A stretch of 57,369 nucleotides of DNA, filler included, from Sphacelaria rigidula (Eukaryota): NCBI GenBank assembly GCA_964200075.2. It is 5 parts of 5 records of this genome, joined end to end, with 100 filler letters (N's around TTAATTAATTAA, not from the genome) between each part and the next. Parts side by side here need not be neighbours in the genome. Positions count along the whole stretch, not along the records: positions 45,978 to 57,369 come from CAXNAA020004974.1; 4 more parts are not named here. One strand, written 5' to 3'. Below are positions 51,225 through 57,369 of this stretch, in pieces. A program made the translations under genes and the position numbers. Every line of letters starts with the position of its first letter. Position 1 is the stretch's first letter. The notes under the pieces were generated by a model. It saw nothing but the letters and a program-made list of their open reading frames with translations. It made no database searches and was not told the DNA's origin.

Positions 51225-52148
51225 CTACAGAGAAAGGAAAACGGAGTCGAAACATTACCGGAAAAAAAAATGCGTGGAAAATCGGAGTGTCGTCGTATGA
51301 CAATTTGCAAAAAGGACGGTGCACACATACGAAAAACCATTGAAAATACCAGCCCCCAACCGCGTTATTGAGATACGCCTGGATAAAAGACACCACGGCC
51401 CACGAACTACACCACACCGACACTAAAAACGTTTCCGTGAGCAACCGCTAAATCAGCGTTAACGCTACTGTTCCCCACCCGTCCGGTAGGGTGGAACACT
51501 GCACTGCTTCAATTTTTCACCCGAAAAAGAGGAGGGACCCCTATAAAAACCGGCGTACGCCGAAATTGCACACACGAGACACAAACACGAAAGCGTGTAG
51601 TAAGTATAACAGATGACACAGCAAAAAAAAAACACTTGAGAGTGGAGAAGCAAAAATGGGGAATCAAGTACCCTACCACTGTCACAACACTCCGTCATAC
51701 AAAAACACAAGACAAAGACAAGCATCGAACAGAAGGGGGGGGAGGGGGGAGGGAAACGGACAAACACACACGTGCTGACACAGAGGAACGCATATCACAT
51801 GTTTTGTGCTCTCTTCTTTCGGGCTACATGCACGACTCATCCTCCATTACACCATACCATACCGATACCAAACATTTGCCACGACATGAAACAACTCATC
51901 AAGAGAAAAAGAAAAAAAAAACATGCGATACGGCCTGCACTGCGTCATGTCAACGTCGGCACGCATGAAAAAAAGAGTTTAGGCGACAGACATACACAAA
52001 TACAGAGGGGTAAGAAAAAGTGAAACGACCGCAAAAACAAGCGGGATATAAAAACTCCACGTCGAAACACACACCCTCAAGTATACCCACGTCCGGGAAG
52101 GAAGCAAACCTGAGTATAAATTACACGCAAGACGTACAGTCAATTCAC

Positions 52149-52317
52149 CAGCAAGTGAAATGCACTCGGCCGATGCTTAGCGCCAATAGCTACTGCTGCA
52201 CCAGCTCCACAGCTCCACAAATTTTCTGGTGGGCGTGCGTTTATGCAGTATCCAAGTTTACTACATAAATCATCATCCATCTGTTCACAAGGATTAGGGA
52301 AAAGATGGTCGTCGAAC
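52149..52317 (-). CDS. Candidate downstream exon (phase 2-0, 169 nt)
   Basis: Pyrimidine tract plus TAG acceptor, donor CTG|GTGAAT; frame FDDHLFPNPCEQ... is compatible with a phase-2 donor at 54200. Confidence 0.3.
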
Positions 52318-53929
52318 CTACGAAATAGAGTATACCAAAAGAAGAGAAGCAGCCCACACGTTCAGTGCTGCTCTCGAAATAAACTCGAGCAGCAAAGACG
52401 AATGGCGAAGAAGCTACAACAAGGTTTTCTCCTTTACAGGAAAATCATCGTACTGCCATGAACCACTGTACTGCACCAAGTGCCGTGTCGCTCAGAGACA
52501 CATGGCGGCCAGTCTCTTGCTCTGCACTTTTTACCACTCCACACCACCCTCGCCGCCATGCGCGGAACGCTCCATAGACCGGTAATCATTGGCACCGCAA
52601 AATGGATCTTTACGATTCACCTTCAACAACGTGCTTGGGATACAGGCAAAGGACGTGAGGGGAAGACAGGGAGCAGGGCGAAAGAAACGCACAAGCGCGT
52701 TCCGACCCGACGCGTATCTGATTGCTCATAACTAGGGTACCGTTTTGATATCTGCGCGACTAGCGCGACAAGGAACTCGTGTACTCTACCGGTCTGTAAT
52801 TTTCATATCTCTCCCCAACGAACCCCCAGCTGACCCAACACATACATGCTTGGGGAACTGTGCGGCGAACTACTAAATACTTGACTGCTAAACATGCGGC
52901 ACACGACGGTTAGTAACGGAAAGGGGTGGGATGGGGGGGGATTGCCACGTTACCGGGTTCGTTTCGGGGAGAGCTAGAAATAAAACAAAAGTGCAAATCA
53001 AAATAAAATGAAGCTAAAAAATCAATGTCGAACTCACAATAAATCAATCCAACCCGCAACTCGCGATCCCGTGAAACGAATACAACTAATCACACCTCGC
53101 TCCCTTGATTCATGTGCTCAACACTGTATGTACCACTGTAGCGAAGAGTCAGCCAACCCAATAATCTTGCTCACGCCACCGTCGTAATATCGCGGCTCTT
53201 CTCCGAACATTCTCCGAACCCAGGGGTGGACACACCCACTTTACATCAAATCCACACCGCCCGTGCGGATATACGATCACCTCCCAGCACTGCTACAGCA
53301 ATTCACGGTCGCGTTTGAAAAATACGAGCTGCAACTGAGTTTCAGTCGCGTTTATAATGCGAGGCATCCTCGAACGTTCCAACACCTGAAGGAAAACACC
53401 ATTTCTCCGACAACTCGCCATCGACAAATGTCCCACCGATTGGCTCATCTATATACCAATCTCATGGGCGATTATTTCACTCTTTGCAGGACACCACCGC
53501 TGCTTTATTCATCCGGTACTATGAGTACTGCTAGTTTAGTTGTCCTGGAACAGCACTGTACGCACCCACCCTCACATCAGCCCCTCCCGTGTATAAGAGA
53601 AAAATAGCTGGCATGAAACTCAGGTTCAAATAAGGATCGCCCATGTTGATACACCCATTTCGAGTGGGGCAATCCATGTCCTAGCTTGAATTAACAGCAC
53701 TCTCCTCGCCACTTCCGTCATTCGTGTACAATAGTCGATGCCCAAAACAAAATATAACAAAATAAGTTTGGCAACCATGCAAGATGAGCCGAGAACTCAA
53801 CGCGGCCATGAGTTCTGCGGAACGAACTCCGAGTACCTTCTTTCCCAAACCCTCGCGCCGGCGCGAGAAAACCATTTAAAATAGCACATATCCATACTTC
53901 GACTTGAAACCTGAATCTTCTTGTATATT

Positions 53930-54015
53930 CATATATGGTCAAAGATCGGTTTCAGTCCCAGACCACCACACTAACATACATCATCATCATCATCATCATC
54001 ATCATCACCACCACC
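53930..54015 (+). repeat. (CAT)n microsatellite, probable retroposon 3' tail
   Basis: ACATA(CAT)n(CAC)n run at about 53975-54015. Confidence 0.6.
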
Positions 54016-54195
54016 CCTGCGGACGTTTCCCGACATTGAGACACCAACCCCCAAAGCACTCAACACTAGACGAGACTCTTCAATAGAATCAGAATAGAAG
54101 TTGAAGTGGAACGGCATCTCGAAATAAAGCTTGTGTTGTAGTACTGTTATCATTACTCATTTGCCCTCCCCTGCCCTCCCCTCCACCGCCCCGCC

Positions 54196-54768
54196 TCACC
54201 CCCAACCTGATGTGCCGGACGCCCACAGTCGCACCCCACTTCCACCAAAAAGCACACAATCGCCGTCATCTTGCATGGTCAAAGTGTACGGCCCAGGGGC
54301 GACGTTGGCCGTTTCAGACGACCACAACTGCCGGCGAGAAGCGTCGATCACCACCAAATTGCCATCATTCAAGAGCACCATACGGTCGCGGTCATCGTTG
54401 TTGCCGTTTCCACCACCACCTGCGGCGTGGTGGAAGGGCACCGTGAGATACACCGGCGTAGGCTGCGGTTCCTCCGGCCTCAACAAGGAAAATCCGAAGT
54501 GGATTCCCCACACGGCATCATCTTCCATCTCTAGGGACAGCATGCGGTATTCCGGGAGCATGATGAAACGAAAGCGTCCGTCCTTTGAGCGAAGATGTCT
54601 AACCTCGGTGCTCTCCCCTCGGACTGTGATGGAGGAAGGCGCGTTGGCTGATCTCATCGATCTAAATGTTGTTGGCGATGATGGTGGTGACGATGAAGGA
54701 GAGCTAGCCTGGGTGTTGCTGCTGTTGTTGGTCTGGACCACGCTTAGTCCGTGTCGCAACACCGTATC
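54196..54768 (-). CDS. Exon encoding a bulb-type (B-/GNA-like) lectin domain
   Basis: LRSKDGRFRFIM, MVLLNDGNLVVIDASRRQLWSSET, YTLTMQDDGDCVLFGGSGVRLWASGT; uninterrupted frame; CAG acceptor at 54771-54769; preceded by a Ser/Pro-rich linker. Confidence 0.88.
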   Translation of the reverse strand, partial: DTVLRHGLSVVQTNNSSNTQASSPSSSPPSSPTTFRSMRSANAPSSITVRGESTEVRHLRSKDGRFRFIMLPEYRMLSLEMEDDAVWGIHFGFSLLRPEEPQPTPVYLTVPFHHAAGGGGNGNNDDRDRMVLLNDGNLVVIDASRRQLWSSETANVAPGPYTLTMQDDGDCVLFGGSGVRLWASGTSGWG

Positions 54769-55026
54769 CTGTGTTATGTCGACGGCGGGTCGGCAGTAAC
54801 ATCACACCGAAGGCGAATAAGTTAGTGTGGTGTGGTTGTATGGCCGAGCACTTCCAATGGTACATCTCCCTCTGTTGAGCACACCGCAGAAGGTACATTT
54901 ACATCTAGATACACAAACAAGCAAGCACACCACAACACATTCAGCATCTAGATCGTGCAGCTGTGAGCATAAAAAGAGAATAACGCCAGAGACAACCGAG
55001 GCCAGCTGCCACCCTCAACACCTGCT

Positions 55027-55086
55027 CCGTCTGGAAAGGGATGCGTGGTCAATGGCCAAACAACCAAGGCAAGGAACAGATGAGTA
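55027..55086 (+). repeat. Dispersed repeat of about 60 bp (inverted copy at 56522-56580)
   Basis: CCGTC..GAAAGGGATGCGTGGTCAATGG.CAAAC in both. Confidence 0.75.
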
Positions 55087-55569
55087 CGCCCCTCAACATG
55101 TGGGGCGATAGTCATATGGGCAACGGAGGTTGAGATGACCAATAGTCGAGAATCCAGTGCGACTCAAGGATCGATTCTCTTCTCAGTAATACACATGTGT
55201 GGGCAATAGCTCGACGTATCGCGAAGAATAATCCGCCCCTCGACCTGCTGGGCCACTTTGAAGATGCAGAAATGTGACCTAAACTGTATAGTAGACCCCA
55301 CTGAACTGTTGAAGCATACAAAAAGAACGTGCGGAGACACGTATTTGCGGTGTGCAATTTTCGCTACCTGCCTGCCGCCCTCGTCCTGTCGAGACACAGC
55401 ACGCTTGTTCACCACTGAGCTAACAGAACAAACGGCGCAGAACTATGTACAACACACGGATCGTACTGTACTGTTGGGTTGGGTGGGAGATCGAAAAATT
55501 ATGCACGTACGGTACAGAAGGAGGGTAGTGCAGTAGTTTAGATAGTGTGACATAGTGACACAGTGCAGG

Positions 55570-55681
55570 GGTTAACCCTACTACGCTTGTGTACATCCAT
55601 CTTGTGGATAATGGCCACGCCTGGATTCCTCGAGAATCAGTCAATTTACTATCTACTACCATCAATCAGATCAAATCAATC
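55570..55681 (+). mobile_element. Short retroposon 3' tail related to 6778-6850
   Basis: CCACGCCTGGATTCCT...TCAGTCAA...ATCAATCAGATCAAATCAATC. Confidence 0.55.
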
Positions 55682-56043
55682 ATGGCGCTAAGCATAACCC
55701 AAACTCCAACTTGAGGCAGGCCGAGACTGCTCGGGCAAGTCAGCCACAAAAGAGTGCCCGAGGCAGTGTTTTTCCTTATTCTAGCAAAAATAGGCGCTTG
55801 GGCCGAAACGCTCTTCGCGCATGCTGGGCGAACGCCTGGGACTCTACTGAGTCCTGCAAAGATGGAATCATGATATTTCATCACTGAAAGGGAACACTTG
55901 CGGGAAAAAAGGGAAGAGGGACGGGGAGGGGGGGGGGGGGGTTCGGGACCCTGTTTGTACAAGCCACAAGAACATTGACCCCCCCCCCCCGCCAAAACGG
56001 GNNNNNNNNNNGCAACAGGGGAGGGGGGGGGGGGGGGGGAAAA

Positions 56044-56077
<34 letters not shown>

Positions 56078-56574
56078 CTCGTGACCCTGTATGTCATAGC
56101 CACATGATCATTGACCTCGCACCCCCGCAAAACCGGGACGGAGCGCGCCGTGTGGTCAAGGTACACAAGTTATCGGGCTACCCCTTGACTAAAATACTAC
56201 CGTGTTGTCGCCTCCTCGTCGCGAGAGAGATGACACTCCACCCAGAGCGTCTTGAAAAACAGGGTGAATGGAATGAGTGGAAGTTGAAAAAAATAGGAAA
56301 AACCAAAATAAAAAGTGAATCAAGTCTCAAAATCTCGTTACCCACTCCTCGAGCGATATAGTGGCGAGCGATTGACATAATAGCAAGTTCCGAACACCAC
56401 TCCTGACTGTACTACACTGGCTACCCCGCGCAAGCTGCTGGTGATTTGCTTGCTCGGTCAACACTCGGTATGTTGGTGCTATTCTTGTATCTGAGACCGG
56501 CTGAGGTGGTGGAGGGATGCTTACCCATTTATTGCTCGTCTTGTCGTTTGACCATTGACCACGCATCCCTTTCG

Positions 56575-56609
<35 letters not shown>

Positions 56610-57369
56610 TCGCCCCAAATCCCGGGAGCTGGACCCAATATCCCCCACCATGGGGGCGGCGAGGNNNNNNNNNNGGCGGGGGCACGGGCGGTCGTGCGAG
56701 CGGGAGGGAGGGGGCCGCGGGGGGCGCAGGCGTTGAGGTTCGCGACCAATCCCGAGAGCTAGACCCAATATCCTCGACCATCGGGTCGTCGAGGAGTGTT
56801 CCATCTCCTGAATCCGAATCACTCTCACTTGAAAAGCGAACACGATCCGGTTGTCCATGTGTGGGCCGTCATCCAACGACCCTCCATTGCCACTAGGTGT
56901 TACACTAAACCGCCGTTCCGTTCATGTTCTGTGTGTGCTGTTGTAATGCATACGCGCACGAAAAAGGATCGACCAGTGAGCGAAACACTCGAAAAACGTA
57001 ATACCATCTTTAATGGGAAAATAAAAGGGTGAGCGGGAGAGTACGTGGCTAGTAGTTCCACCAGCACCAAGAAACGTTCGGCGTTTTCGGGGTCAGCGAG
57101 GTCAAGACGTAATCCTAGAAAAATAAACGAACGAGGCGGGCGAGTAGTAATTAGTCATGTTTCCGTCTGAATCCGACGTCCGGTCACCGACCAGGGGTCC
57201 TCACGTAAGCCTCGTCCCCCATCAACCGAAAGAGTGACTGCCGATCAACGATCGGCAACCCGCACAATGACACAACAGAAGTAAAGTATAGAGGCGGGGG
57301 GGGGGGGGGATGCCTTCGCGTTTGTGAAATGGTACGAATATGAAAAGAAGTACAACACCGTACCTCGAA

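Noticed and set aside
55920-56790. Poly-G/C tracts, Pro/Gly-rich ORFs and duplicated GATATTGGGTC.AGCTC.CGGGATT
   Set aside because: Homopolymer-associated sequencing decay around N gaps; the ORFs are not credible

Overview
Eukaryotic, transposon-dominated sequence, most consistent with a brown alga (Phaeophyceae) or another stramenopile; that assignment is inference from repeat types, TTAGGG units and GTGAG donors. The window is not contiguous. Four identical 100-nt N/TTAATTAATTAA/N linkers join five segments of 11396, 11394, 11394, 11393 and 11392 bp, which look like length-sorted unplaced scaffolds. Segment 1 holds a decayed Academ-like (XPG/PIN plus Cys-rich) transposase, split by a nested stack of a foldback element, a retroposon tail and a Harbinger-type MITE. 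Segments 2 and 4 each carry a decayed Ty3/gypsy chromodomain element with an extra C-terminal domain, a long conserved 3' non-coding region and a shared unusual 3' end; a fragment of a third gypsy family follows the first copy. Segment 3 carries a full-length decayed Ty1/copia element with 379/380-bp LTRs. Segment 5 holds several MITEs and the only clear host coding sequence, a bulb-type (B-) lectin exon. No rRNA, tRNA or CRISPR arrays were seen. All alignments and motif matches were made by eye.
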